IMG/VR virus record: IMGVR_UViG_3300036879_000022 | Location: 20,383 to 84,382 of that record | Source: a virus | Length of the DNA stretch: 64,000 bases | Reading direction: 5' to 3' (one strand) | In this document: in pieces, positions 30,185 to 42,795 of the stretch | How positions within the stretch are numbered: position 1 is the first letter of the stretch | Layout of the letters: each line of letters begins with the position of its first letter | Notes under the pieces: generated by a model | What the model saw: only the letters and a program-made list of their open reading frames with translations | What the model was told of the DNA's origin: nothing | Databases searched by the model: none | Translations under genes and position numbers: made by a program

Positions 30185-30556
30185 ATTAACTGCCTCAATG
30201 GGCGCGTTAACCTTACCAGTTAACCTTAACTACGCGCATGCGTGGTTAACCTTAATTGTGCGCCATAATGGCACACCTTATCGCTTATTAACGTTAATAA
30301 TCAACCACTTAACCCCTGTATAGGGCACCCTTAACCCTACTAATTAAGGTTAACCCTCCCCTACGCGCGAGCACACAGGGTCAGGGGGGCTGTCAACCAC
30401 ACTATACTACCTATTGGTATTAACCTTAACTATTCAGGTTAACCGCAGCCTGCCTTGTAGGGTGCAGCCTATAGGCTATGTGGTATTAACCTTAACTATT
30501 AAGGTTAACGATCCCCTACGCGCGCGCGCAGCCACATGCGATGCATTAACCTTAAT
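30185..30556. repeat. AT-rich cluster of TTAACCTTAA repeats and palindromes at the strand-divergence point
   Basis: TTAACCTTAA at 30220, 30246, 30420, 30486, 30546; inverted copies at 30344, 30433 (1 mismatch), 30499. Confidence 0.85.
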
Positions 30557-30796
30557 AGTACACCATATCATGCAGTACAACCTGTGATCGCGTTGACCTA
30601 CCAAGGTTGGTGTGGTACCCTGCGCGCCGGGGAACTACGGGGTAGGCCCCAAATTTCGACGGATCGGCAGGATGCCTATGCCCCCTTGTGCATTCACACT
30701 TCCCCGATTTTGAGATTAAACCCGCCAGAAAAATAAAAATATCCCGGAGAAAAATTTAGGGTTGACACAATTCCGGTTTTCTACTAGACGACAAGC

Positions 30797-31399
30797 ATGG
30801 CACTCACGTTCAAAAATGATCCGGCTCGCACCGCCGCTCTCGCGGACAACCTGACCACGTATGTCGGGCGCCCGTGTCTCCGTTGCGAAACCGTCGAACG
30901 ATATACTTCGTCCGGGGCGTGCATCACATGCACAAAAGCCCGATCGACCCAACGTGGTGGCTCCGCACTGACGCGCTACAGGCCGAGCGAAGACAGCGCA
31001 CGCGGTGCCGCGCTCGCGGCTGAAGAGAAGACATACATCGGGCCGCCGTGTCGAACGTGCACAAGCACCGAACGATACACGTCGTCAGGCGGATGTGTCC
31101 ACTGCACGAAGGCCGCTGTCACTCAGCGCGGCGACGGCAGGCCCCGGCGAAAGTACGAGCACCACGAGAAGCACGGGCTCAGCGTTCCGCTGCAACCGGA
31201 AGACAGCAAGTGCGAATGCTGCGGCAAACCCGCGAAGCTCGTCATCGATCACGACCATAAGCTCGAAATTCTCGGCTTCCCGGGCAGCGAAACTTTCCGA
31301 GGATGGATTTGTTACGCTTGCAATGCAGGCATTGGTCGGCTAGGGGATGACATCGCGGGAGTGCAGCGCGCTCTCGACTACCTACGGAGACCACGATGA
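30797..31399 (+). CDS. Endonuclease VII domain protein with two N-terminal zinc-finger repeats
   Basis: CECCG..LVIDHDH..RGWICYACNAGIG..ALDYL; two TYxGxPCxxC..ERYTSSGxCxxC repeats. Confidence 0.88.
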   Translation: MALTFKNDPARTAALADNLTTYVGRPCLRCETVERYTSSGACITCTKARSTQRGGSALTRYRPSEDSARGAALAAEEKTYIGPPCRTCTSTERYTSSGGCVHCTKAAVTQRGDGRPRRKYEHHEKHGLSVPLQPEDSKCECCGKPAKLVIDHDHKLEILGFPGSETFRGWICYACNAGIGRLGDDIAGVQRALDYLRRPR

Positions 31400-34044
31400 C
31401 CGTTGCATGCGACGACCGCTATCACACCGAACTCAATTTCCAGCGCGAGGTTTTCGCGAGCCGCGTCCGCGCGAGCCTCGCTCGCGAGACGCATGTCATC
31501 GTCGGCGATCACACACCCGAGGTTCGCGACGAAGGGCTCTGGCCTGACGACGGTCTCGGCAACATGCGGCTCAGCGGCTCCGGCGCCCAAGTGCGCGCGA
31601 TGAACCGTTATCGTGGACAGGCGTTCAAGGATGGCCCGCGATGAGACCCGGTGACGAAGTCGAATGCATCAAGGACATGAGCCGCATCTGGCATCTGCGC
31701 AACGAACGGTTCTGGCATTGCGCGACCCCCGTCGTCGGCCGGCGCTACATCGTGCGCAACGTCTGTCCTGTGTCCCGGGACGTGCCGCGCATCCTTCTTG
31801 CGGGGCTCGTGAACCCGGTCGTGAAGTTCTACGCGCACGCATCCGGCGAGGCGTCGTTTCCGATGAAGCACTTTCACAAGATCACGACGACGACCGTCGA
31901 GACATGGCTTGAGAAGCCAACCGACGCGGACAGCGAGCAGTGGGATAATCGACGGGAGGGTCAACGCGTGAGCACAGTTTCGAAGTTCATGAGCATCGGC
32001 GACGACGACGATCAGTACGCGATGGTTGGCTACACCGGTTTTCACAAACCGATGGCGCCCATCGCAGCGGTCTCCGATGATTTCTTTTTGTGGCTCAAGA
32101 GCCACGCGCAGCCGAGCGCGTGCGAGTGGATGATCCCCGGAGCAAACCATGAGTAAACTCGAACGCGTCCTCATCTGGACATTCATCATCACGGGCATGG
32201 GCTGCAACGTCGTGCTCTACTACGCGATCTTCAAGATCGCAACCGGATGCACGTCATGATGCGCAAAACCATTTTCACTCTCAACGATCTCCGCGCCGCG
32301 TTCGACGGGACGTACCCGACGAAGCTGTCGGAAGAGCTGTACGATCGCGCCAAGGCCGAAGGCTACGAGATGGCTGGCTACGTGAGAGGCTGGCAGCGAA
32401 CCAACTACTTCTCCGGCGGCTGCGCGTCGCACGCGCCGGATCGCAGCAACCGCTATGTCGTGCCCGCCTCCGCAAGTCATGGACCACGCTAATGGCGGCG
32501 CTCTCCCTCACCCAGCGATACGCGCTCGAAGCGATGTACTGTTCGAACGGGATCGGATATGACGGGCAGCGGGATCGCACCATGATTGCTCTGCAACAGC
32601 GCGGGCTCGCTCGATTTCAGCGGCGTCACAAATACGGACGCGACTGTTGGCACCTGACCGAGGCTGGCACCGCCGAAGCCGCGAAGCGCGCAGCCCAACG
32701 GGCGCGACGCTTCACTAGAAGTGGATCACCCGGAGCAGATGATGTCCCATCGTGAAAAATCCCTGACGCCGTGGATCACCAACGAGACGCACGGCGATTT
32801 GCCGCCGGCACATTTCGACGGCACGCGCTGGAGCGACGACGATCCGAAGACCGACCGCGAGAAGCACGAATTCTGTCGGCGGCGGACCGGCGTCTGCGCG
32901 ACGTTCCTCTCGCCCTCGCTCTATGCGAAGGCCGAAAGCCTCGGATACGATATGCGCAATTTCGTAATCAACAAGTCAATCCCGGTCGTACTCAGCCCCG
33001 GCGAAATCTCGCTCGACAATGGCAAGACGTGGGAAATCTCGAAGCTCGCGCCGTCGCACGCGGTGCGCTGGGATGATTGCCGACCGGCCCCCAAGCTGTA
33101 CCCGCATGGCAAGGTTGGCCGCAAGCATATCAGCGAGAAAACGTGCGGCGACAAAGATGTCGTCTGCATGCCCGGGCTCGACGGCAAGTGCGTGGCGTGC
33201 TCCGATGACGATTGACGCTTACCACTACGAACAAACGGAGCGCTGGATCAGAGCGATGGCCCAGCGTATCGAGAACTGCCCGCATACCGAGATGTATAGC
33301 CTCCGGCCGAAGTCGCTGCGAATGAGCTGCAAGGATTGCTTTTTCACTCGCGCCATGACGGCCGAGGAAATCGAGAGGACAAAATGAAAACTTCCGAGGT
33401 AGCGCAGACCATCACGAACCCTCTGCTCAACCTGCGGAGCAGCGCGATCGTCGAGCACGAGCAGACGATGGTCGGCACCGAGACGATCCACCTGACAACA
33501 CGCGAGCCGTTCACCGAGGGCGGCCAGATCGACACGTTCAAGATCACCGTCACGAGGCAGCGATGACCGGTAAGTCGAAGTATGACTAGCTTCATGGAGC
33601 CATCGGACATCAAGCCCGGCGATCAGGTCGTTTCTCGCGTCCTAGTCGCGGGCCGAGCCCATACACCAACGATGGACGTTGTCAGTGTCACGGCAGGCTT
33701 CGCCACGTGCAGATGGATTGGCGTCGATCCGAGCCGCCTCTCTAAGGATGGCAAGGAAATAATTCTTCAGAGATACCCTGTCCCAAGGTTCAACATTTTC
33801 CACACGTCCGATTTGGTCGTCGTGGCTCGACAAGAAGGATTGAGATCGTGAGCGTCATTGACAAACAAATGCTGCGAGAGCTGGAGCGGCGCCTCGCCGA
33901 ACACGAAGCGGTCATCAAAGAGCTGTTCAACGTTTTCTCCGCCTATGGAGAGGGCGCGACGGTAGAGCATCGATACCTCGAAGGCACGGACATAACTCCG
34001 GATGCGCCGACGATCGCTGCTATCATTCGAAAAGGACCAAAATC

Positions 34045-34485
34045 ATGACCACCAAACCCCCGGGCGGCAGGCCCGTCAACGATAACCGCCAGATCGCGCT
34101 CCAGTACGGTCTCAAGACCTACGACGGCAGCCCGCACTCGAAGTGCGGCACCACGGAACGCTACGTCAGCGGCGGCGGATGTGTGCATTGTGCGCGCGTC
34201 ACCGCGACCGAGCAGCGTGACGCCCTGAAGTTCTTGAAGCAGCATGCGATCGACGAAGCGATTGCAGCGAAGCAAGCGGCGGACGGCGTTGATCCGGCGA
34301 GCATTAACGATGATTTTGGGATCATCTCGACGCCGTTCGGGACGCAAGGCGAGACCTTCGCGGAAGAGCCTGTTAACGATGACGCCGACAACCCCGACGA
34401 TCCGCTTGACAGTGCCGACGAAGATGGCTTAGAGATCGATGACGCTGAAGCCCGGAGACTGGCGGCGATCGAAGACCTTATGTGA
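34045..34485 (+). CDS. Zinc-finger protein with acidic tail
   Basis: TYDGSPHSKCGTTERYVSGGGCVHC, paralogous to the EndoVII N-terminal repeats; ends EDLM. Confidence 0.7.
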   Translation: MTTKPPGGRPVNDNRQIALQYGLKTYDGSPHSKCGTTERYVSGGGCVHCARVTATEQRDALKFLKQHAIDEAIAAKQAADGVDPASINDDFGIISTPFGTQGETFAEEPVNDDADNPDDPLDSADEDGLEIDDAEARRLAAIEDLM

Positions 34486-36236
34486 GAGCAATATGCCCCC
34501 CGAAAGCAGCACCAACTTCTATGGCCATCTTCTCGCGGACCCCGCGCGCAATCGCGATCTGATCGACTGCTACCTCAGCGGCCAGATTTCGGAGCGCCAG
34601 TGGATGAAACACCTTGACGCGGAGCCCGGCCTGCTTGACGCATGGGTGGATCGCAAGTATGTGGGTGGACCCCGGCTGACCGTGGAGCACGCCAAGCGCA
34701 CGATCAGCAAGCACCCCGCGCTCGCCGTGCCCTACGGCCGAGGCCTTCAGGAGAACACCATTCAGCTCGACGAGATCGCCGTGGCCCAGCGCAAACTTTC
34801 ACCGCGCCTCCCCACGATCGCGGAGGCCACCGAGCGCCGCACCGCGCTGCGCGAGACGATCATCGCGCGCACGCTGCTCGGGCTCACGGTCGGCGGCTTG
34901 ATCTATTCCGTCTGGGACCGCTCCGGCTTTGGCCTCGCCGGGGCCAGCTTCGTCGGCTTCGTCATCACGTGCTTCGTCGCTGGCAACCGCCGGCATGGGC
35001 GCAGCGGCGGCGGAGGGTTTCCCGGATGAGTGCGGTCATGGGAAGTGGTCCCCGAAACAAGGAAGAGACGCTCAACGAACTCAACGAGCGTCATCGGCGT
35101 CGTGTGCAGCTCATGCGGATGCAGGGCGACATCGATCGGCAGGAGAGACGCGTGCACATCATGTGGGCCGTCGCTGCTGTCCTCGGCGCCATCGCTCTCC
35201 TGCTGTTGGCCGTGTCGTGAGTGTCCCGCCGGAAGAGAAGTTCGAGATGACGCCGGATGAAAGGTTTGAGCTTGCCAAGCAGCTTCGGATTGCCACGCGC
35301 AACCGGCGGGTCAGCAAAGCGTTGCTGAAGCGCGCCGAACAGCGGCAGCTCAACTCCATCGGGTTTGGCGCGGTCGGAAGCGTGATCTTGATTGGCCTGT
35401 TAATGTGGGGAATGTTCTATGTCGCATTGGCGAGATAAAACGCGCGCACGGCGAAGGCTGGAGATCGTCCGGGTCGTCGTGTTCTTCGGCGTCTCCGTGA
35501 TCGTTATTGCCTTGATCACGTTCGGGGCACTGCGATGAAACCGGACTGCGATATCTGCCAAGGCACTGGCCATGTCCGCCTGATCCGGCACCGCGACAGC
35601 GGAGAAAGTTCGCGACGTTCGCGAGAGCCGCGAGAGCGCCCGGGATCGGTTTTCCGGTCTCGAACTGTTTCAGGATGATGGAGAGATGTCATGAGCCCGG
35701 CTACCGAAAATGTTTGCACGCTCGCTGTCACGGGCGCAACGATCGCTCTTGCACTTTGGTTCGGAGCTGGCGGCTGGAGCTTCGTTGCGCTGATCTTCCT
35801 CGGGAACTTGAACAAGCGAACGCACAGATGAGCCCGCCTCCGGATGGAAAACATGCCGCGCTTCAGGAGCAGCTCCGTCGTCTCGCGTCGCAGACACTCG
35901 ATGTGCTCGTGCCGTCCGACGATTTGATTATGCTGCTCGATTACATCCGTGAGCTTGAAGAGGCCGACTACCATTCGTGGGAAGCCCATATGGGAGAAGA
36001 TTTGTGACGCACGACATTATCGCGACGCGCATCATCGCCGCGCTCCACGCTGCGGAGGTTGATCTTGTCGGCTCGACCGTGCAGACGTTCAACGGCGAGG
36101 CTGGCACCTGCAAAGGCGTCCGGCTTGACGATCACCACGGACTGTGCTTTACAATCGATGATCCGCGCACGTCGCTCGATATGTACGTGCGCGACATGCG
36201 CCGCTGGTACCCCGTTTCAACAATTAGGATGAAGTC

Positions 36237-36743
36237 ATGAGTGAAGCGACTATCGTCATCCGTTTCATCGCCGAGAAGGGCTTCGTGCCGTGGGCCATCC
36301 GCGTGCAAGCGGGCGTCACGATGCCCATCACCCCGAACCATGTCGAGAGCGTTTCCCCGGATGGTCAGTGGTATTATGGCGAGCACATCTCAGGCGGCTT
36401 GCGCAAGCGCCCCAAGGGGTATGACAGCGCGACGTTGCTGCGCGAGTTCTTCGTCACGATCCCCTGCACTCAGGCGCAGGCCGATGCCTACTATGGCTAT
36501 CTCGAAGGCAAGGTCAACAATGAGCCGTATGACTGGCGGTCGATCGTCAGCTTCGTCATCCCGTCGTGGAATTTGCACAAAGTCGGCGAGCTGATCTGCT
36601 CGGCGATCACGGGCGCGGCCTTGCGCAAGAGCGAAGTTTTCCCGTGGCCACTGGCTGTCCCTTTCCATCATCTGTCGCCGCGTGATATCCTGCTCTTGCT
36701 GAGCGCAGTCGTGAAGGTCGATCATCCGGAGATGCCACTGTGA
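36237..36743 (+). CDS. Permuted papain-like (NlpC/P60, YiiX-type) enzyme
   Basis: NHVE precedes PYDW..LICSA (His before Cys). Confidence 0.7.
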   Translation: MSEATIVIRFIAEKGFVPWAIRVQAGVTMPITPNHVESVSPDGQWYYGEHISGGLRKRPKGYDSATLLREFFVTIPCTQAQADAYYGYLEGKVNNEPYDWRSIVSFVIPSWNLHKVGELICSAITGAALRKSEVFPWPLAVPFHHLSPRDILLLLSAVVKVDHPEMPL

Positions 36744-38684
36744 CCTCACTCCGCATCATCGTCTGTCTGCTTGTCGGTCTCAGCTTTCTGGCGGGGAATA
36801 TCGTCGGGTATAAGAGCGGCTGGGGTGATGGCGCCGGCTCCGCCCTCAACGACGTTGCTAAGGTCAAGGAAGAACACGACCGCATCATGCACAAGCTCGG
36901 CCTGTGCAAGTGGGCGCAAATCTGGGCCGAGGATACCCGGTGCAAGGCGGAGCGGCCATGATCACGATCGAGAAACCTGACCCTCACTGCATCGGATGGG
37001 TACGAGCAAGCGCCGCACTCTACGGCATGTCGCGTGATCACGATCTTGATGAGCCCGTTCTGTTGAGCGAGCCAGTCTTCTGTCGCGTGAGGCTCGGCGA
37101 GATGTCGGTCATCGCCGATCGCGAGATTGTATTGAAGGCGTGGTGCGCAGGGCACCATGTTGCGCTTCGCTTCACATTCAAGGACGGGAGCTTCTACGAG
37201 GTCGAAAGCGGCGAAATTTCCAGCATCCTCAACGGCCAGACAGCAACAGTGGACGTGACCCGTCCCACATTACGGGGCGCCCGGGGCATGTCATGAAGGT
37301 TCATCCGAACAACGATCCGATGCTTGACCGTTGCGAGGCCGCGTACCGCGCGGAGTACGAGCGATGGTGCGTGCGCCGTGTGCGCGCCGACGACAGCCAC
37401 AACTTCCATCTTGTCCGCAACGCGAGCCCAAACCGCGACCTCATCACCGATCAACAAGAGATCGTCAAGCTGGCCAAGCACGAGGCCGAGAGCTACAGCG
37501 ACGCGGAGAGTTGGCTCAACACCTATCGCGGACGCGCTGCGATGCGCGCCGCACTGGAGACGCTGAAATGATCATCTGCAAGCTTCCGCCCAAGCAGGGT
37601 ATCCGGTTCGCGTGGATGCCCGTGTGGACCGAGGATGGCAAGGTATGGCTTGAATGGGTCCACTTCCGCTACAACGATGTCGGGCTCGAAGGTAGCTACA
37701 CCTATCGCCGCTGGGTCCCAACGAAGGAATACGACGCGGGCAAGCGTGCGTGGGGCTCGACGTGTCCGAGCGTGACCGGCCGCGACGGAGCCGACTATGA
37801 GTGACGTGCTCGCACTCGCGGCCCGCGCCGCCGGCATGCTGGAGAATACCAGCGACAGCCTCGAAGACCTCGCCGAGCGCGACGCGCGGACTGCCGAGGT
37901 AGTTGACGACGCCGAGTTTTTGAAGTATCTCGACAGCATGGTCTTCTGTTGTGTCTCGTGCAATTGGTGGCATCGCCAGCGCGAGAACGCGACGCCGGAC
38001 GGCGCCGAGTGGGAATGTCAGGAGTGTCACGATGAGCGATAGCGCATATGAAGCGGAGGCCGCGCGCACGCACGCGGCCATGCTCAAGGCCCGTGATCCC
38101 GTGCCCAAGTCGTACCCGGCGCGCGACAAGGCATTCAGGGAATGGGCGGACAGTGCGATCAGCGCTGCGAACCCGCCGGAGCGTGCGTTCGCCAAGGCTA
38201 TATTCGTCGCCGGCTGGGACGCGCGCAAGCGTGCCCAGTACAGCGGCGACGCCAGTTAACCATTCGACCAACGAGGGCTAGACCATGTTCTTCGATCATG
38301 CTATCGGGTGGCTCGTGATTGGCACGTGCGCGCTGATCCTGATCAGCGTTATCGTTTCCGGCGCACGAGGGAAGTTCAAGTTATGACCGAGACCCAAGCG
38401 CGAACGTGGACCGTCTGCGCGCTGCCGTTTCTGATCCTCGCTGCGCGGAGTTTCGTGTTGTGGATTTGAACGACGCCATCCATACGGCGGAGTGCGGCGG
38501 CTTCATCCGCAACGATGATACCATGCGTCCCGGTTGGTCAATCCGCTGGGACGCCAAGGACAAGCTGCTCTACTTCTTCGACCCGCAAGGCGAGCGCAAG
38601 CACCGGGTTCAATTCAGCGACACGCACCGCATGTCGTTTCAATGGCGCACCACGATCGACGGCAACTAGGAAAGGAAATCGACA

Positions 38685-39656
38685 GTGACCCCCTTCGGTA
38701 TTTTTGGAGTGGCAGTTCTTGCGGTCCTCGTGATCGTGATCCTCGCGCTCACATTCTCGCCGCGACGCAAGCGTCGTCCCGGCGACGGCGAGATGGTCGA
38801 TCTCTGGGACGGTTCGCACTTAGACCGCTCTGGCCTTCCACGTCCCGGCTTCAACGCCAAGGGCGAGTATATTCCATTCCCGCCGCCCGCGTACTCCCCC
38901 GTCGCGCTCGACAAGATGCGCGATCGTTTCCGGGACGGCGGCCTCGCGCATTCAATCCCGCGTGCGGAGCCCCCGGCCGCTGCAAATGCCTATCACACGG
39001 CGAAGGGTCCGGTGCCGCCGAGCTTCGGCAAGCGCAAGCCCTCGATCTTCCTGACCCCGCGCCAGTTGGAGCGGGTCAACATTCAGCGCAAGCTTCAGGG
39101 GCGCCAGCCGCTCAACCGGCGGGGCTTCACCAACGCGGTCGCCCATGCGTGGGACCAACATGAGAGCACTCATCCCACGCGCCAGAGCCAGCCGGTCAAT
39201 ACCGGAGATTGGTTGACGTACCTCATCCTGTACGAATGCCTGTTCGATGACCACTCGACGGGCCGGACCTACGTCGATACCGGCCTGACGATCACCCCCG
39301 AGGCCCCCTACAACGGGCACGGGGGCGAGTTCGCCGGGGCGGGCGCATCCGGTGACTGGGCGAGCCCGACCGCATCCACGGCTGCGGCTGCGGCGGCTAT
39401 CGCGGCTGACGGGGGCGCGCCGTTCCCCGCCCCGCAATACACCGATGACAATGCGCCTGAGCGCGCCGTCGAGCCGGCCATCACCGGGAACGGCTACCAC
39501 TTCACCGACCCGGCGCCGTCAACTCCGAGCTATACACCGGACCCCGCGCCGTCAACTCCGAGCTATACGCCGGACCCGTCGCCCAGCTACTCGCCGGACC
39601 CGAGCCCGAGCTTCGACAGCGGCAGCTCGTCTTCGGGCGGCGGCGACGGCTCATGA
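38685..39656 (+). CDS. Membrane-anchored protein with GGEFAGAGASGDW motif and Pro/Ser/Tyr repeats
   Basis: N-terminal TM; tandem DPAPSTPSYTP repeats. Confidence 0.75.
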   Translation: MTPFGIFGVAVLAVLVIVILALTFSPRRKRRPGDGEMVDLWDGSHLDRSGLPRPGFNAKGEYIPFPPPAYSPVALDKMRDRFRDGGLAHSIPRAEPPAAANAYHTAKGPVPPSFGKRKPSIFLTPRQLERVNIQRKLQGRQPLNRRGFTNAVAHAWDQHESTHPTRQSQPVNTGDWLTYLILYECLFDDHSTGRTYVDTGLTITPEAPYNGHGGEFAGAGASGDWASPTASTAAAAAAIAADGGAPFPAPQYTDDNAPERAVEPAITGNGYHFTDPAPSTPSYTPDPAPSTPSYTPDPSPSYSPDPSPSFDSGSSSSGGGDGS

Positions 39657-40193
39657 GATGCCTCGACGCGAGCGATCGTGAAAAACTGCTTGACCTCATC
39701 GTGGAGGCCAAGTTAGTAGAGATCACCTACGCTCGCGTCGAAGACGGCTCGATCTATTGCACCATTCAACGAAGGAAGAACCCCCATGGCGACCTCAGCC
39801 GAACAACTGATCCTGCGCGGATTGAACCTCGTGATCCGGGCGAGCTTTTCACCGAATGATCCCGCTGGGCAGGCGAAGCACTTCGCCGCGCTGACGCAGG
39901 ACATCGGACCGTGGTTCAAGGACTACGCCGAAGAGATTGCGAAGCCCGCAGTCGATTGGAGTGTTGATTTCCAGGAGGCGACCGAAGACGGCGACCTGCA
40001 ACAGTGAACCCCTACAGGGTCACATGGGCGATCGAGCACACGCCTGACGGCTCCTATGTCGTCGAGCGCGAGACCGATCGCCCCGTGACCGTCTACGGCC
40101 CAATGCCCGCTGCTCTCGTGACCGCGTTCATTCGCGATCGGGAAGCAGTGATCCGAGAAGTTTTTCAGGCGCATCTTAACAGGAGTTTCCTTC

Positions 40194-40604
40194 ATGGCCA
40201 AAACCCGCCGCAAGAAGATTAACAAGTCCCCCAGCCGTCCGTATCGCAACGCCAAGGCGTTCATCGCCGACAGGGGCGACATGATCACCACGGCCGGCGT
40301 GCGCGGACGCACCAAGGTCGTGCGCGTGCGCGACGAAAACGACAAGCGCGTCACGTCGGTTCGGTCCGTCATGGTCGTGCCGCAAGTCGCGGCGAAGACC
40401 GGGAGAGCCCGCGACGCCGAGGGAGCCCCGACCAACAAGCCCCGGGGCATCTTCGTGGGGCGCTGGTACACTGGCATCGCGCGCAGCAAGGTCTACCCGA
40501 CGCACGGCGCGAAGCGCGGCGGCGTGGCACCCAAGCCCGCCGGGCTCATGGCGCGGGCTGCCAAGGCGGTCAAGCGCGTGGTCGTCCGGGACGGAGCCAA
40601 GTGA
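40194..40604 (+). CDS. Highly basic protein
   Basis: Arg/Lys-rich, 136 aa, AGGAG RBS. Confidence 0.7.
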   Translation: MAKTRRKKINKSPSRPYRNAKAFIADRGDMITTAGVRGRTKVVRVRDENDKRVTSVRSVMVVPQVAAKTGRARDAEGAPTNKPRGIFVGRWYTGIARSKVYPTHGAKRGGVAPKPAGLMARAAKAVKRVVVRDGAK

Positions 40605-41329
40605 TGCAGACGGCTATCGAAACCGAGTACCAGCGCCAGCGCATCATTGGCGTCGCTGACGCGATCCGTGGGCTACAGGCGTGTGGCGACGAGCGCCGCG
40701 CAATCCAGTTGCTCATTCTGAGATTTCCCGAGGCCGCGCGGTACGTGCCGATTGGCAGCCGCATCGGCGAGCCGAGGCTGACGCCGCGAGCCGCGATCTC
40801 ATATCGCGAGGGCACGGTCCACTACTGGCGCCCCGGCAATGATGGATACGCGGACAGCACATGGTTGGTACCGCAATGAATAGCGTTGACGCGAAGGGCA
40901 AGCCCCTCAAGATCGGCGACGAAGTCTATTGCTTCATCAAGGGCCATGGCAGCGAAGGGTGTTTTGGTTTCATCATCGGCGTGATGAGCTACGCGACAGA
41001 TGCGGATGACGAGGTTGTCTGCATCGCATCGGAGCAATACTCCGGCATGCCAGTGAACACCGCGCATCTCCAGCGCACGGGCGAGCACCGTCCGGACGTG
41101 GCGCGAGCGCGGCGCGAGCAGTATCTCATGCAAATCCCCGGCGCATTTAAGCCGGAATAGAACGTGGCGAAATTATGAAAAACGACCCCGCGAGTAGATC
41201 AGTGACGGAGCGCGAAGTCCTTATCCGAGTGACCGCCAGTTTGGCCGCTGCGATCTCGATACTGGAGCGCATACCGGGCGCACCGAAGGCCGTTGCATCG
41301 GACAAGATGTTCAAGCAGATGATCGTGGA

Positions 41330-41500
41330 CTATACGCGCTCGCTCAATGCAGCGCGGTCGCTGCTACGCGGAGCGGACTGATCTAATCCGACCCATGCGA
41401 GCCCGAGCTGTTGCTCAGCGGTGCGCTTGCGGACGTTCTCGAACGCCGCCCGCTGGAGCCTTGCAAGCTCCAGCGTGATCTCTTCGTGGATGTCAAACAT
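41330..41500 (-). CDS. Small protein homologous to the C-terminal cargo of 49190-49405
   Basis: MFDIHEEITLELARLQRAAFENVRKRTAEQQLGLAWVGL. Confidence 0.65.
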   Translation of the reverse strand: MFDIHEEITLELARLQRAAFENVRKRTAEQQLGLAWVGLDQSAPRSSDRAALSERV

Positions 41501-41504
41501 CGGA

Positions 41505-42629
41505 CTAGGCTTTCCGGTAAGAGTTGATGAGGCCGCCGACCGACGCCGCGTAGTACGCGACGTAGTCGCCCTCCGGCTGTTTCTCCGTGGCGGCGCAGAG
41601 CCGGTCGAATTTCCGGTTGGCCTCGTGCCGCGTGCAGTAGACGCTTTCGGTCGAATGCGCGAAGTGATTGCACACGACGAAGGTGAACATTTCATTTTCC
41701 ATTTTGCTTCTCCAGTGCTCTCACGATGGTCATGATCTCGACGGCGCGGCCCTGACAGTTGCCCAGCGTGCGCCGCCATTCGATGCCGAAGTGGTGCGTC
41801 AGGTATTTGTGCGCGTCGTGATCATAGACGCTGATGCCGAAGCCCGCGTCCGTGCTCTTGACGATGTCGAACTTGATGTTGCCGTGCTTGGCATGGTATT
41901 CGTACATCGGACGGCCCGAGTTATCCTCGCCGTCGTTCTCGCGCGTCCATTCCAGCCCGGCGACAACCTCCCATGCTTTCTTCGGCTTGCGCCGACAGAG
42001 AGCGGGGAAATTGTGTCTATGCACGGCCTCGGCAGACATGCTGCGAAACCGTTTGCCACATCGGCATGACAAGTCCATAGCTCAACCCTCCAGTGACGCT
42101 TTGCAGGCGGCCAGCGAGACGAATACTTCGCCGCCGAGCTTGTCGCCCTTGGGGTAGTAGCACCACCCGCCGGTCACAAGGTGGGGGACGCGGGCGCCCG
42201 TTAAATGCCTGATAGTGCCGACGCGACGGCCGGCGATGAAGACCTTGACTTCGGTGTAGGTCTCATAAGTGATCGTGCTCATGGTGTGCTCCGTTAGAAG
42301 TTTGCGCTGTCGTCGAACGAGAATGTCCGAACGTCCTGTGTTTCGTCACCATCCGCGAAGATGACAACGTCGCCTTCCGCCACTTCGTCAACCGCACGGC
42401 GGTCCCAGAAGCGATGGATAAAATCGGGTCGGCCCCATGTCTTGATCGCGTTCCAGTAGCGATCGTCCTTGAAGCCGACGAAGTGAAACGCACCGCGCTC
42501 TTCGTAGGGCGTGCCGCGCGTGACCTTCTGCCAAGCAGCGCGCGTCACGTAGAGCCCGCCATCGGCCCGGCGCTCGACGACGCCGCTGTCGATCAGGGAT
42601 TGATGCGGGTCTTCCCCGGGACCGTGCAT
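41505..42629 (-). other. Leftward mini-operon of four hypothetical ORFs (41505-41702, 41692-42078, 42082-42282, 42294-42629)
   Basis: Closely spaced ORFs with GGAG RBS. Confidence 0.65.
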
Positions 42630-42694
42630 AGCTCAGCTCCAGAGTTTGAGGCGGCGCCTGCGATAGCGGGCAACAGAGTTCGCTAGAGAAACTG

Positions 42695-42795
42695 TGGAGA
42701 GGTCGGAGGGTATCGAACCCTCTACGCCTGCGGGGCGTGTCCGATGTAGGCCTTGCATCCGCTTCCCGCGTTCCGGGGATGGGGCCGTCGATCTC
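42695..42795 (-). ncRNA. tRNA top-half mimic (acceptor + T arm + CCA, atypical lower half)
   Basis: GAGATCG/CGACCTC (1 mismatch)+TCCA; T arm GAGGG-TTCGATA-CCCTC; promoter TTGCAC-16-TATGTT at 42833-42806. Confidence 0.6.

Larger units (their letters stand above)
31396..41381 (+). other. Long rightward run of small coupled hypothetical ORFs
   Basis: About 30 head-to-tail ORFs with ATGA/GTGA overlaps; several single-TM proteins. Confidence 0.6.

Noticed and set aside
30185-30556. Canonical CtrA array in the AT-rich hub
   Set aside because: TTAA half sites are spaced mostly by 2 or 9 nt, not 7.
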